DNA from: Oculina patagonica
Lineage: Eukaryota
Length of the DNA: 64,000 bases
NCBI RefSeq assembly: GCF_052425735.1
Contig: NC_135760.1
Coordinates: 29,011,074 to 29,075,073 of the forward strand
Reading direction: 5' to 3'
Shown here: one piece after another, positions 36,061 through 48,796 of the stretch
Layout of the letters: the number at the start of each line of letters is the position of its first letter
Numbering within the stretch: position 1 is the first letter of the stretch
Notes under the pieces: generated by a model
What the model was told of the DNA's origin: nothing
Seen by the model: only the letters and a program-made list of their open reading frames with translations
Database searches by the model: none
Program-made: the position numbers and the translations under genes

Positions 36061-38099
36061 TATTACCTAAAATCGTACACTGATTCTTCATCGGATATGT
36101 AACAGTTTTTTTAAGGTCTTACACTAGATCCACCGCGCACAAAAACTCGAAATACGCAAAAGCCTAATGTCTGAGTCCTCTCTTGTCGCTCTCGGCATTA
36201 TTTCCCACTCACTTTGCTACTGAATCAAATTGAGGTTTCAAGCAGAAATTGCGAGGAAAATCGAACATAATAATAGTAATTTGTGAGAGGAAACGAAAAC
36301 AGATTTAGACTTTTGAATCACAAAGCCGGCTCCGTATATTTCCAATACTTTCTTGTGGATGATAAAATTCCTCGCCTTATTTTCTATTTTTCCTCTAGGC
36401 TTGTTTTGTTGCCCGAATTCCAAGCATTTTACCGTTAATACTCTTTTTTCTTTGGCCATCGTAGTTTAACTAAAAATAACACCCAAACTGCGGTGATAAA
36501 CATTACGAACATTACAAACGCATTGTCAGAAAAAATTAGACCTTTTACAGCTTTTAGTTGACGTTCGTATTCTTCTACATACATTTTCAGAAGTAGCTTT
36601 TCTTTCAGATAGAGGAAAGTGCTACTCTCGTTGAACATTACAAAGAAAGTCCATATTCCATAATTTTAACGACAAAATTTCCGTTATTCCTATTTTATTA
36701 TTACTCTGCAGCCCCTTGCTAGTATAAAACAACAATTTGCACGTCGTGACGGCAGAAATTGCATTCCATACTAGTTTGATCACATCAGTTCTATCTTGAC
36801 GTAAAAAAGAAAACGACGGCTCGCAAGTTTGATTGTTAGATGTCGCCCGATTTACAGTTGATTTTACTGGCAACTGCAGTTTCAGTCGAGCAGCTAAAAC
36901 CGCTCCGATCCCTCTTTTTCGTCCTGTATGTTTAGCTCGTTTGGCCTTTATTTTTCGGCTTCATATGAACAGGAAGTAAGGAGGAAACTAAGAAACACCG
37001 AGTTGCGACTAGCCACCGTGCCGCCATTATTGTCGCTCCAGTTTAGAAACGAAGACGATACAAAGCTGTCAAAGAGTCCCCAAGTTTCAATGCAACTGTC
37101 CACATGTATTCCAATTTGTACACGTTACGTCATTTGCTACGTAATAGCAACAGATCGTTCTTCGTATCACGTGATTATTAGATGTGATCTAAGTGATCTG
37201 AAAGTCTTGAGCTGAGAATACTCGACTGAGTACTCAGGTGTTTCCTTGAAACGTTTGCCTTCCTATAATTCATGTAGATAGAATGACCATTGCATGTTGT
37301 TATTCTGCAGGGAAACTTTTTATTAACCGTCCGTCTTTAAACTTGAATATGTGAAATTATCTTGTGTTCCTGAAAATCTTTTTCTAGTGTGCTTTTATAG
37401 CCGTGAGACAACATCTTACAATTAATGCTAATTAGTGAAAAGTTAAAACTATCGAACAACTGGAGCTGACTAACTGTTTTAGAAAAATTTATTTTCTTGG
37501 CTGGACGCGAAAAGCAAAGATAAGAAACTTTATTTAAGTGTCAAAACCTTATAGCCTGGAAAATAATACCATACTAATTAGGGGACACTGCTAAAAACTA
37601 AAAGGTACACTAATACTAAATATAAATACAATAAAAATATATATAAGTCATATAAAAATGTTATTATAATCTATGATATAGAAAAATGTTTAAATCTTAA
37701 TTGTTGAAAAAAAAGGAAAAAGAAAAAAAAATAATAATAATTATGTGTTTGACAAGTCACGATTTACAAACGAGTCTTTCAATTCAGCGAACTTATCTTA
37801 AACAAGATACCCATCTAGCTTTAATTTTTAGACGTTTGAGTCGCAAATCTTCAGCATGTTGCTCGCAGTACGGCGGCAAAAAAACCCCAAAACACCTTGC
37901 GGCTTGCCGCAAAATTAACCGAGACCACCGTGCGCGCCTAGTTTCTTCCACTGATCGGGATCGCCTCGCATACTACCACACATGTCTTGTATACTGTATT
38001 TCTTCATATATATTTTTTAAAATCCCTTATATATAAACACGCGGGGACTTCTATGCATGATGCCTCCTTGGGCTTTATCCTCTGGGCCAAAACCCTGCG

Positions 38100-38480
38100 G
38101 GCAATAATTTAATGTGGTTAACACCCTGTTTACAAGCAGGAAGGGTAATCTTAGTGTAAGGGTTACTCTAGCAAAAGGGCAAAAAATAGCCCGGGCTTTC
38201 AAGAAGTCTTTCACAGAGGTTACCCTGCAACCCAGAGAAACTTTATGTACTTGATAACTTTACTTGCCTAGCTAGTGCGGCTTCCAAGCATCGCAAACGG
38301 CATTCAGAGGGTCTGAAAAACAGTAATAATTTTTCCCGGGTAGGCGAGTTGTCTCTAGCAGAGCATTTTTTAAGGGAGCTCGGTCTACCCTGGTGTTAAG
38401 GTTCCCTAGCTGCTTTTTAAACACGATGAAGAAAAGGAGAAACGTGCGAGGTGCTAGGGTTACCCTTCCTGCTTGTGAAC
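38100..38480. mobile_element. Inverted-repeat element (~380 bp): ttacaagcaggaagggtaa...ccctagcacc / ..ggtgctagggttacccttcctgcttgtgaa
   Basis: 38118-38170 is the reverse complement of 38430-38480. Confidence 0.6.
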
Positions 38481-38699
38481 ATGATCTGGCTAATTTTCGG
38501 AACCAATAAATGAAAATCGACCGCTGTAGCGAATTCGAAAAGCTGACGTTTCGAGCGTTACCTCTTCGTCGGAGCAATTTTAATGGGCTTTGTAGTGATT
38601 TTCTGGGCAGAACTGATACTCTACCTTGTTTGTTAAGCTTCTTGTATTAGTTGTTTGCATTTTGGCTGTTGTGCACATCATATATATATAACATTACAC

Positions 38700-39050
38700 T
38701 ACGTTTTGTGTGTAATCATTTTTGAACTGGTGACAGGACATACCGAACCTTCTCGCGGGACGACGAGAAGAGCCGGCCGACAGCGTGCGACAGACCGAGC
38801 CCCCGCCGGCCGGAGCCGCCGGGAATGTGTGCACAGAGGCACGCATCGATGCGGTCGGACGAGGAGACGAATCGTCGGAGCACCCACCAAGATGAGAGAG
38901 CCGACCGCACAGACGACACGTGACACGACGCAAAACGCAGAGAGCCGGTGAAAAATGGGAGCGGCGCAGAGCACGAGCCAGAGGCACGCGCGGGAGCCCA
39001 GAGCCCCGCCGTCAGTCGCGAAAAGAGAAGGCTCTGGGGTCGAGAATGAC
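38700..39050. promoter_or_regulatory. Isolated GC-rich, purine-skewed island (~350 bp, CpG-dense) ~1.1 kb upstream of the GPCR; candidate promoter or 5' non-coding exon
   Basis: Composition sharply atypical for the window. The many overlapping stop-free ORFs on both strands (38655..39123) are a GC artefact. A possible donor ctcg|gtaagtgtc (~39378) and a strong acceptor ttttcctgttaacag| (~39685) lie between it and the GPCR ATG. Confidence 0.3.
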
Positions 39051-40107
39051 CTTGTACTGAATGCACTTTGTAATTTTGAAAATGTGTTAAATTGCTGTTG
39101 ATCACGTGGGAAATTAACACCATGAGATTATTGTGTGTATTGAATATAAGTTTTGACCTTCCCCATCACGTCCCATCGGATCGTTTGAAGTCCACGTTTT
39201 AGGGATTAAGCTCTTATTTAGTTTCTTTTAATTTGCATTTGCGACAGAGTTCTAAAATTACCACAAAAAGGTTTAGTGAATAAAGTTCAGTTGATGAGGA
39301 TCAATGTCCTTTTCTTTAATCTTCTGTTCATGAATTAAGGACACACTGGCCGTACTAATTAACCCTGTTTACTGTCATGTATCTCGGTAAGTGTCTTCCT
39401 TAGACCACAAGGAATGTTCAGTTTAAGAGTCGAATTTTAGCATTTTTAAATCAAGCAGAAAAATGACAGTTTTAAGCGTGCAAGCTTGAATTTTAATTAG
39501 AAATGTCATTCCGTTAATCTACAAAGATAATCGATGATTAAGGAGAGTGAAAGGACGACCTGTGCTCAGCATCGAAGGGAAACATGCAAATATGTGCCAT
39601 ATATTTAAAAATCTGACCAGGCACCCATCTGACTCATTTAGCGTTTATCAATTGTAGTAATTAGTGTTTTTTCCTGTTAACAGTTTCTTCAGGAGGAGAT
39701 CAAAATAGAAATGATTAGCGTGAACGTCAGTTTGCCAACATACTTCACGCGCCAGTACCCAAGTTGCCGTGATCCAACAGCGGGAGATCGATTCCGGTTC
39801 ATGCAGGAGGTCCACATGATCGATCGATGTCTATATAAAACAAATTTACTTTTGAAAACTGCTTACTTCAAAGGCTAATTGTTCATTTGAGGTACTTGAT
39901 GTATTTAAACACTCGAGCTCCTTGTTGAAATTGTCAAACTTGTGCTGTCTCGGGATCACATCATTTGGAGCAAAGTTTTATACTGACTACGACAAAGTTC
40001 AGGAGTCGAGCAGGTGGCTTCTTCAAACAAACCGTCTGACTGCTTAGTTGATTTAAACCAGCAGGGATCTTAGCTGTTAGACACACCTGATAACGAAAAC
40101 ATACCTT

Positions 40108-41268
40108 GTGATCTCAACCGCAGTGTATTCAGAAAACATTCGGCTTGTAAGAATGAACGAGTCATTCAACTCAACAGCTGCTAGTGGATCCAGTCGGCCA
40201 GGGAGGTTTATCCCTGAACCATTTGAGATGACTGTTGTAAGGCTTACTCTTTTTGCCGTCGTGTTCCTTGCTGCTGTGATTGGAAACTTCTTCGTGTTCA
40301 CAGCTTCGTTAAGAAACCGTCGACTTCAAACGTTCAGTTACTGTCTGATCACGAACCTTGCAATCAGTGACTTTGTCAGCATGTTTTGGGTTCCTTTTCT
40401 CCTTGTAAACGAACAGCTCGAATCTGGTTGGATTTATGGTGCATTCCTTTGCAAGTTTATCAATCCAACACAAGTTGTGTGCGGCTTGGTGACCACCAAT
40501 GTCCATGTTGCTATAGCAATTGATCGATATTTTTCCATCGTTCGTCCACTGACAGACTCTTGCAATCATTCCAAGTATCGCCGAGCATTGGTGATTGTTC
40601 CTCTCATTTGGATTGTGGCAGTTATCTGCTCTCTCCCAACTTACATCTTTAGAGAACTTTACAGTTTGACCTTGAAGTCAGGCAAGAAAATAGAATTTTG
40701 TTATGAAAAGTTTCCACCAATGGAGAATTCGGAGGATGGCTACCGTCAAATGTACTCCGTCTTCCTTTTCTTTGTAAACTACGTAATTCCTATTTCCATT
40801 TCAACTGTACTGTATGGTAAAATCGTCCTTTACTTAAAGAAAACAAAACTTGAGCGCAAAGAAATGGGGCGAAAGTTCAGCCAAAGCAGTCGTAACACTT
40901 CATCTAAGGACGTAAAAGTTTATTGCAATAATTTAACTAAAGTTGAAAGGCGTTTCATCTCCATGGCTATCATTATAGTTACGATTTTTTTCTTCTGCTA
41001 TTTGCCTTATCAAGTGGTATTTCTCTTCGCTGAATTCGCAGATTACGCAACTTCGTGGCCATATTTTCGTATTCTTATGAGTGTAGTTTATTTCTTAACA
41101 TGGCTACCAAATGCTTTGAACCCAATTTGTTACGGTGCCATGGACCAGCGGTACGCAAAGGCATTTAAAATGATTTGTTTGTCATTCCAAGGCAGCTCTG
41201 ACAGAGGGTCTAAGAATCAAACGGGCTCTCTATCTAAAGCAAACCGGCTTACTGAAGAAGAACTGTAG
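40108..41268 (+). CDS. Intronless class-A (rhodopsin-like) GPCR, 386 aa (the alternative start ATG at 40153 gives MNESFNST...); peptide/neuropeptide-receptor-like
   Basis: Seven hydrophobic segments carry the hallmark motifs: GNFFV (TM1), LAISDF (TM2), Cys+AIDRYFSIV (DRY, TM3), W in TM4, Cys in ECL2, FFFCYLPY (TM6), NPICYG (NPxxY, TM7). There are N-terminal N-glycosylation sites NES/NST, a basic ICL3 and a Ser-rich C-tail. Confidence 0.9.
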   Translation: MISTAVYSENIRLVRMNESFNSTAASGSSRPGRFIPEPFEMTVVRLTLFAVVFLAAVIGNFFVFTASLRNRRLQTFSYCLITNLAISDFVSMFWVPFLLVNEQLESGWIYGAFLCKFINPTQVVCGLVTTNVHVAIAIDRYFSIVRPLTDSCNHSKYRRALVIVPLIWIVAVICSLPTYIFRELYSLTLKSGKKIEFCYEKFPPMENSEDGYRQMYSVFLFFVNYVIPISISTVLYGKIVLYLKKTKLERKEMGRKFSQSSRNTSSKDVKVYCNNLTKVERRFISMAIIIVTIFFFCYLPYQVVFLFAEFADYATSWPYFRILMSVVYFLTWLPNALNPICYGAMDQRYAKAFKMICLSFQGSSDRGSKNQTGSLSKANRLTEEEL

Positions 41269-44200
41269 ACTTATCCATGGGTACCAAATGTGTAATTAGA
41301 GGTAACCACAATGATATAATAACAACGATATTTCCGTTTTCAACAAAGTCATCACAGCTGGACTTTGGGAGGGTTGTGAAAAATTTATTTAATATCATCT
41401 TTGATGATGTTTGTCTGATGTTTTAGCTGAGAGAGCCTCCGGTATTTTTGGCTCTTGTTTCACCCGCCGAGAAAAACAAAAGTGAAACAAGTGTTAGAAA
41501 ACTCGGATGCTTTCGCGGGTGCAAGCTATCTGATGTTTTGGCTCAGTGAATATTCACTGATATACCTAGTGTCATGTGCATTTATAAGATGTCTAAGATG
41601 GAAATATAAGCGTTTTAAGTTACGTGGTGGAGATAACCTTGGGTTAGCGCATTTTTTAGGGGGGCAGTTGACATTCTGCCGGCAACAGACATGTATAACC
41701 TCTTGTGCTATGACATTATAATGCAAAAACAAAAACAGCAACAACAAATCGCAAACATTTGTCTAGCTTTTGTAGTTATGGAATAAATGTGTTCTTAAAC
41801 ATATCGTGATGATGAAGTTTTGCTTGCGTGATAATTGGAGTGAAGATAGCATCACCAGTTGATTTGTCTGTAAAAATAGTAAATGAATTCGCAATACTCA
41901 AAATCTTAACTGATCTATTATCTTTCAGATTCCCCGCCCGCGAGCTAACATATTGTTTCTCAAGAACAGTTTATCTGTTGTAAATTCTTTTGCTAATTGC
42001 GTTCCTTTACTTCGCCCACTGACGTAATGCATGTGGGTATTGAGCTGTGTGTATTTTAGTCAATTCCATATTTCTTCTGCAAAGTAATTTCTGTTTTGCA
42101 CCTCATCCCATGCCTCAAGTGGGACTTGCATGACATGCTTTATTGTTTTAGTCAATTACATTTTCGTGATCCACAGGTGGCTGTGTCACTTTCGATATGT
42201 ATTTTATCAATTGCAATAGTTAATGACACGTTATAAAAACATAAAAGAGTCGCGCCGCCGGCTCCATCTCATCGCATGTTTAAGCATTTGTTTGCTCAAA
42301 ACATTGCGTTAGCAAGCCCATCATACGCTCTTGATTTTAGACGGGTCAGAAAATGATGTTCAGTTGTTTTAGAAAACTTACAAGAACAAGATAAAAGCGA
42401 TGGCGAGCAGATCAGATCCTTCACTTATCTTGGATGCTGGTAGCGGTTAAGAGAGCTTGCAAACTAGTTTGCACAGTTTTGTGAGTTCCAAGGGTCCATT
42501 CACTGCTGGACTAAAAACACAAGATTGATACCTAAATTGAAACTCGATGACAGAAAACTGGATCCTCAAAGCGGATTTATTTTAGGGTTAAGACGGTTAA
42601 GTCTAAGAAGAAAAATCAACTTAACACATGTGCATCAAGCAAAGCTGATTAAATCATTCCACAGTCCTTTGTGGTTTTGTGAAAATTGCAAAGAATTGAA
42701 TATATTAACTGATATCGCGCCATTTGGTTACTGATAACACGATGTCCTTGGCAGGCCTTCTCCATAACTTAATTAGATATCGACGGAAATACCTCTAAAT
42801 TTATTGCATGCAGCAAATGAACGCTTAAGGCTTTTTTAAACTATGATCTAATAAAGCAAGGTTATCACGAGAGATAATTCGTTATAAAGGGGCAATTTTA
42901 TTTAAACTCGGTAAGAGATAGCACTTTATGAGAGAAACACAGCTTACGAAAATGCGATAAGGAAAATCCATTCTATTTATACGTTCTGTAACATTGAAAC
43001 TCACTGCTGGCTTTATTGTACCACTGTGATTTCTGCGTTATGTAACTGAACTTGTCTTGCCTGCATTGTTTTCCTTTTGCCTTTCACTCATTATAGTAAG
43101 GTGGAGGCATTCCTGAGCTGGGGCCAGAGAGGTGTTTGAGTGTATACAGTGGCCACAAATAGAGCCTGTTTATTTATAGACAATCTGTCTCAGGTAGGAG
43201 GGTTACCTTCCATACCGAGCCACACCGGGCAAGAGAGCTGTTCGTACATTTCTTTATAAATAGCGAACCGTGTAGCCGAAGTTGGCTCGGGGCCGGGAAA
43301 ACGGTTGGGGAGAGGGAGGGGGTGGGACACTTGCTTTGAGGGTGTAGTGACCTTGTAGGGAGGAGGGGGGGGGGGGGGGAACGTTTTCCATGTCAATACT
43401 GGATATTTTTTAGGCGTCGTTGACTTTCTTCCCCTCAGGAGGAAACTTCATTTACAGGTTGGCTCATATTAAATCTTTGTCAATCTTTATTTAAACACCA
43501 TAAAATACTTAAGCGCTAAAACGCTTGTGGGCTGACTTTCAAGCAAGAATTAAGAAACTTATTTGCTTGACTACCTCCAAAAATACTATAGAAATGTTAT
43601 TTATTTAACTCCAAATATGTTTACCACTGCTTTGCACAAATACAATAAATAACGGTGCACTTTGATCAATACCTTATAAATGAAACTAAAAAATCCGAGA
43701 AGTTTCAAGTGTCACCAATCCGATCAATTTTATATAATTTAAATACCAAGGCTGTTTCAGCCACAATAAATATGTCAATATCGCGTTATACTAAACAGAA
43801 CATAAACTGATGAAATGTTTCGAATTGCAAAGTCATTAAATTTAATTGGCTCCTAAGCCGTGTCTTAGAGATGATGATATTTTCTTGTTCTTTTTCTTTC
43901 TTATTTGTTCTTTTTTAAATCTCCATATACAACACTTAATTTATAAGTACAGTTCGACCTCCATATAATAAAATTCCGCGGGAAAAATTTGCACCTGGGC
44001 AATCCACGATAAAAAGCATGACTGAACATTGCCACAATACGAACATCGGATATAAACGAGTATACTCGTTTTATCGGGGTTTTATAAAACATTTAATCGT
44101 CATGTATTATCTAAACACGTATTATCGGTTATTATCGAGAAAAAATGTGTGAAATAATAAATTTAATACGTATTTAGATGAGAAGGACAGCTCGGTCTGA

Positions 44201-45962
44201 ATATGGTCATGGAATCCACAAAGTGTTCAACATCATCTTCAGCTCATCTTCTTTCTGTTTGCGCTTTGAAAGAAAACAAAAGATTTTAGACGCACATTTA
44301 AAAACAAACATAACACACACTCAAAGCCTACGATCGACACCTCTCTCAACGCCAGGCAGTTCTTCTTCCAGATCCCCATTCCTTGACAATACTGCCCCCT
44401 TTAAGTGTATACTCATATTTCAATGGTAATAATATACATACAAACATTTCTGCATGCTCATTGGCTGAGAGCACGTCAATTAATCCCAAGCAGTGCAGAA
44501 AGTTGAAATTGAGTGTAAAAAGTTGAAATTAAATTGATTGACAGGAAAGTCGGAAAGCGCGCCAAAACAAAATGGCGGCCGATGTCGGAGTGTTTGAGAG
44601 AGCAAAAATCAAGCAAAAACATAACGATTCATGAAAAGTTTGACCGATTTAACGAAAATTATAAGTATATAAACCAAAGTACTAGGAATTGGACGTTTGT
44701 ACAGCACAAGAGAGGCTTTACGAAACTACTGAAAGCTACGAATCGTGGATTTTCTTACGCGACGGCTCGCGTTATCTTATGTTCGCGACACTTACTTTAT
44801 CGCGAAATTAAAGTGTCGCGAAAATTTCGTGTAAAAAGATATTTCAGTTACAGTAGCCGAGCCTGGAACAAACTCAAGTTACAGTAGAACCTCGGTTACT
44901 TGAACTCCCCCGCTAACTTGAAGTGAGTCCCTTTTCCCTTGGATTTGATCCCACTTTTTAGTCATTTTTTTCGGTTAACTCGAACTCGGAAAACTCGAAT
45001 TCTCCGCAAACTCGAAATAAATTTCGTTTCCCTCGATCAAAATTTGGGTCGTTTTATACCCTGATAACTCGAAGCTCGGTCTTCAACTCGCCAAGGGTGC
45101 CCAATTAAATACCCCACTAGCTCTTCTTGTCGTTTGCGGGAGTACCCCACCGCACTACAGCAACTAGATTTTAATTAGTGTAAAGTACGGTAATTGACAG
45201 TTATTTCCCGAATTTATGAGTCATACATACATTCCCAGTACTGTAATAGCATAAGAATGCATTATCGTTTAACAGTTTTTGCCGAGATGAGTTTTATTTG
45301 CACTGTACTGTACTGTATACTGAAGTGTTGAAAAATCAGTTAACTATCAATTATGAACATGACAAATTAAATGAATATTCAACGATTTAACGGATGGATT
45401 TAACGATCTTAGACGCTTGGCAACCATGCTTTTCTTTTGATAGATCACTTTCTTAACCGTTGCTTAACGTTTTATGAAAAAAAAAAAAAATGAAATAAAT
45501 CTGTTGTGTAGAACTTAGTAATTTTCTATTTTTCTGTCCAGACGCCATTGAATTCTTCTGTTATTTTACCAGCACGACCTTTGCAAAAATCATAGATACC
45601 GTGCTTAGTTCCGAGGGCTAATTTTCAAAATCGGTTATTTTTTCACCCGTTTTCTCTACGAAATGAAGTATCTTCTTCAACTACCATTTCAGGACAATTT
45701 TTCCCCTATCTTAGTCGCCGAATTTCAGTCCGTGCATCGAATCTCATTTCCCCAGTACAAAAATAGGCAAAGCCCATCTCCCACTTTACTTTCATGACCC
45801 TCTTTTGACGATGGTCTCATATTAATATCAATATTTGGGTAAGTCCATTTCCTGACCTCTCTCTCCCCCCCCCCCTTTATTTGAACCAGCGGGGAAGAGA
45901 GAGGGCCGGGACTATATTTTTTTTATTAAAAAAAAAAAAAAAAAAAGCTGCTTTTTACTTAC

Positions 45963-46028
45963 CGTGTCTTTGAGAAATTTATTCTGTAATTTCAGCATCT
46001 CCTTTTCCATCTCAGTTCGTAATGTTGC
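45963..46028 (-). CDS. SYCP3-like (Cor1/Xlr/SCP3 family) coiled-coil gene, exon: ATLRTEMEKEMLKLQNKFLKDT
   Basis: Minus-strand acceptor ttttttttacag| and donor gacacg|gtaagt; 66 nt, phase 0. It resembles the human SYCP3 segment [25 protein letters not shown]. More 3' coding exon(s) probably lie below 45963 and were not located. Confidence 0.55.
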
Positions 46029-46813
46029 CTGTAAAAAAAAATTCACACTTAAAATAACAAAACAGAAGTAAGACAAACATTGGGGAACTGTGTGATTTTG
46101 TGGGGTATGCAGAACGGTCAATGTAGGTGTTATCATTCAGAGGAGTGGTTCGTACGTAACATGTAACAATTAAACGTCGAGACTTTTACATCTAGGCAAG
46201 AATAAGAAAAGGGACAGGCAAGCACGAATAGGCTGAATATTAGCAATAGGCCAAACAAGCATCTACTATATAGAAGGCTTGTAGATCAGCCATCGGATTT
46301 GACTGGTCGTTCATGCTTTCTATCGACCTCGATGAAAGGTCGATAGAAACCAGAAGATAGCGGTTTAATTGTTACTTTTAGGGGTGATACTCGGGAGAGA
46401 GCATTACCTACAACAACGCATTTTCAAGACCATTAGTTTAGCGTGGCGCAGAATATGCGAGATTTGAACACTTGACTATTATTACACGAGGGCGCGTTGG
46501 ATATGAGATGGTAGATAGTCAACGAGGCGCGAAGCGCCAAGTTGGCTATAACGATCTCATATCCTACAAACGCGAGTGGAATAATTGTTTTATTAAAAAC
46601 GCCAAAAGAATTGCAATATTTGAGCTCCCCAGCAATTTTCGTTGACGCGTATCGGCTACCAAATTTGTGGTCAATGGTACCGGTATATGAGCTCATATAC
46701 CATTACTAGTTAATAATGAATGGTAAATGTCAGGTGCACAACTGTGGATGAACTTATAGATCTTGAATAAATGACTCGCGATAAGACTGTTAGGCTGCAT
46801 TTAAAACAAGTAC

Positions 46814-46892
46814 CTCTTGTTCATTTCTTTTTCGCTCCAAGCTCGTCAGGTCTGTTTCTATGAAATCCTGGAGATGTTGAAGACCTTTCAAT
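46814..46892 (-). CDS. SYCP3-like exon: (R)LKGLQHLQDFIETDLTSLERKRNEQE
   Basis: Acceptor ttttag|att and donor caagag|gtactt, in phase. It resembles SYCP3 ..[25 protein letters not shown]. Confidence 0.55.
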
Positions 46893-47444
46893 CTAAAACA
46901 CAACCAAAAACATGATAAAACTTGTTTAAGAAAAAAATTTCGGATATCCGACTATACACCTTTGGGTTTACATTTCTTGTAAATTTAGCAGAAAGATGTT
47001 GAGGTAATATTTCTAAAATAGTTTTTTAATTCATTAAGTGAAAACAAAGAAAACCATATCCATTACGCTGGTTTGGTTATGGATTTTCACGATTTGATTT
47101 CACCGTTTATTGCCTAGTTTTAGTCAGTTTCGATTGAGGAGATATATCAAACACGAGACACAGTTTCATCACATTTTCCAAAACTTGAATTTCGTCAAAA
47201 GATACTCTGCTCTGCGTTGCATTTTCAACTCTATTCCCGGTGCTTGGTAATGTGATGAAACACTTTGATATTAGTATTAATGAAGTTGAGAGGTTTTTTA
47301 GCAAACAGAGAAGATAAAAAAGTCCACAATAACCAAGTGGCAATAAAATGGGGTTTGACAAACACAAAGGTTTACATCGTAACTGCAAACTTAAGCACAA
47401 TCGTCTAAATCTCCCTTGTCTCAAAAGCAAAAACATTTATTTAC

Positions 47445-47503
47445 CTCTTTTCGTTAACCTGCCGTTGGCTCTTTAGAATCTTGAATTGTTTTGCAACAGT
47501 ATT
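47445..47503 (-). CDS. SYCP3-like exon: NTVAKQFKILKSQRQVNEK(R)
   Basis: Acceptor tttttcag|aat and donor aaaagag|gtaaat, in phase. It resembles SYCP3 [18 protein letters not shown]. Confidence 0.55.
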
Positions 47504-48389
47504 CTGAAAAATGAAAGCAAATTCACTGAGTTAAACTGAGTACTACTACACGTTACTTCTTTAGGTCAATGTGGATGTATTCTTAATGGTTTCTCGATCA
47601 AGCAGGGTGGCTGTTCATTGCTTTAACATTGTCAAATGTTTTGAATTTAAAAGAGCCGTAAAAGTAATTCGACGGACAACTTGAAATAACATATTTGACG
47701 TTAAAGAAAAAGAAATTTGAAAAATTACTACAAGTAACTAGTTTCGTGTAGTATATTCAGAAATTGCAAAGTGATTTTAGTTTCACAGTCAACTAATTTA
47801 GGCAAATTGTGTACTTTTTGGAATGCCAAACACGACAATCAACTTTAGTTTTTTTAATGTTTTCATTCTAAGCAGTTTTGGAATGATTTTGAATCGTACT
47901 TGTACCTTTCATCAAGTCACGTTATTCATGTTTCTGTGCAAACAATGCCCAGTATCTAATATTTTAATATTAAACTATTTCATAATATTTTGAAAAATTA
48001 CAACTAAACAAGAAACTAAAAGAAAAATCAACAAGAAAGATATTTTTTAGAAAAGGGTACTTATCCCAATTAATGTTAATGTAAAAGAAAAGTAATAGAA
48101 AATAACTGATATTTATGATGAATATGATGAATACTGATGAATATGGTGCTGTACTTAAATAATTATCGAAGAAACAACAACAACAGCAACAAAACTTATT
48201 TACCCTAAATATTTACAAAAAGAATATATATATATATATATATAGTATAAATATACAATTAGGGGTCTGGCTGCCTGAAATAACTGTAGAGTTAAAAGGG
48301 CAGCCAGCCAGTGTTACAATTATGTTGATACAAATTAAGGTCGGTAAAACGCACACCACCACAGAAAGAAGTAGTTACGAAAATCTTAC

Positions 48390-48498
48390 AAATGTTTCCT
48401 CCATTCCTTCTAGAATCGAAGATGTTTTGTCCATCTGCTTCCCAAAGACCTGAACTTGTTCTGAAAACTGGCTCCTGTGTTTTTCCAAAGCGCTATAA
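48390..48498 (-). CDS. SYCP3-like exon: (S)YSALEKHRSQFSEQVQVFGKQMDKTSSILEGMEETF
   Basis: Acceptor aaaaatag|tta and donor acattt|gtaaga, in phase. It resembles SYCP3 [33 protein letters not shown]. Confidence 0.5.
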
Positions 48499-48701
48499 CT
48501 ATTTTTCCGCAGCACCAAAAAAGAAAACATCGAGAACATTCAGAACTGTTAATACAAAAAACAGACTACGATTCCCTTAATATTTAAAATCTTTCCGTCG
48601 GAATTTTAATTATTAAACTTCACTTTCCATGCAAACTTTTTGGATCATTTTAAGCAATACTTAAAACTAAAATCTAGAACATTAAAGTTGCGTATAATAA
48701 C

Positions 48702-48796
48702 CTGGTTGTCTGTGTCTCATCCCAGAAGGAATCTATAGTGGACGACATCATATCATTGGCCTTTTGGAAAAACGACCGGATCATGCGTCGTTTTCT
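48702..48796 (-). CDS. SYCP3-like exon: RKRRMIRSFFQKANDMMSSTIDSFWDETQTT
   Basis: Acceptor tttcag|aga and donor accag|gttatt, in phase. The basic KRRKKR-like stretch parallels SYCP3. Confidence 0.5.

Noticed and set aside
38655-39123. Five overlapping 90-135-aa ORFs on both strands
   Set aside because: They are an artefact of a stop-poor GC-rich island, with Arg/Ala/Gly-rich nonsense in all frames. They are not protein-coding.
43190-43396. Proline-rich ORF (PPPPPPPYKV...) on the minus strand
   Set aside because: It derives from a poly-G/poly-C low-complexity tract (43330-43380). It has no splice sites or start context.
44534-44887. 117-aa ORF (MIDRKVGKRAKTKWRP...) next to the MITE copy at 44884
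   Set aside because: It has no splice context and no recognisable domain, and it lies in repeat-associated DNA with palindromic cgcgacacttactttatcgcg motifs. It is probably spurious.
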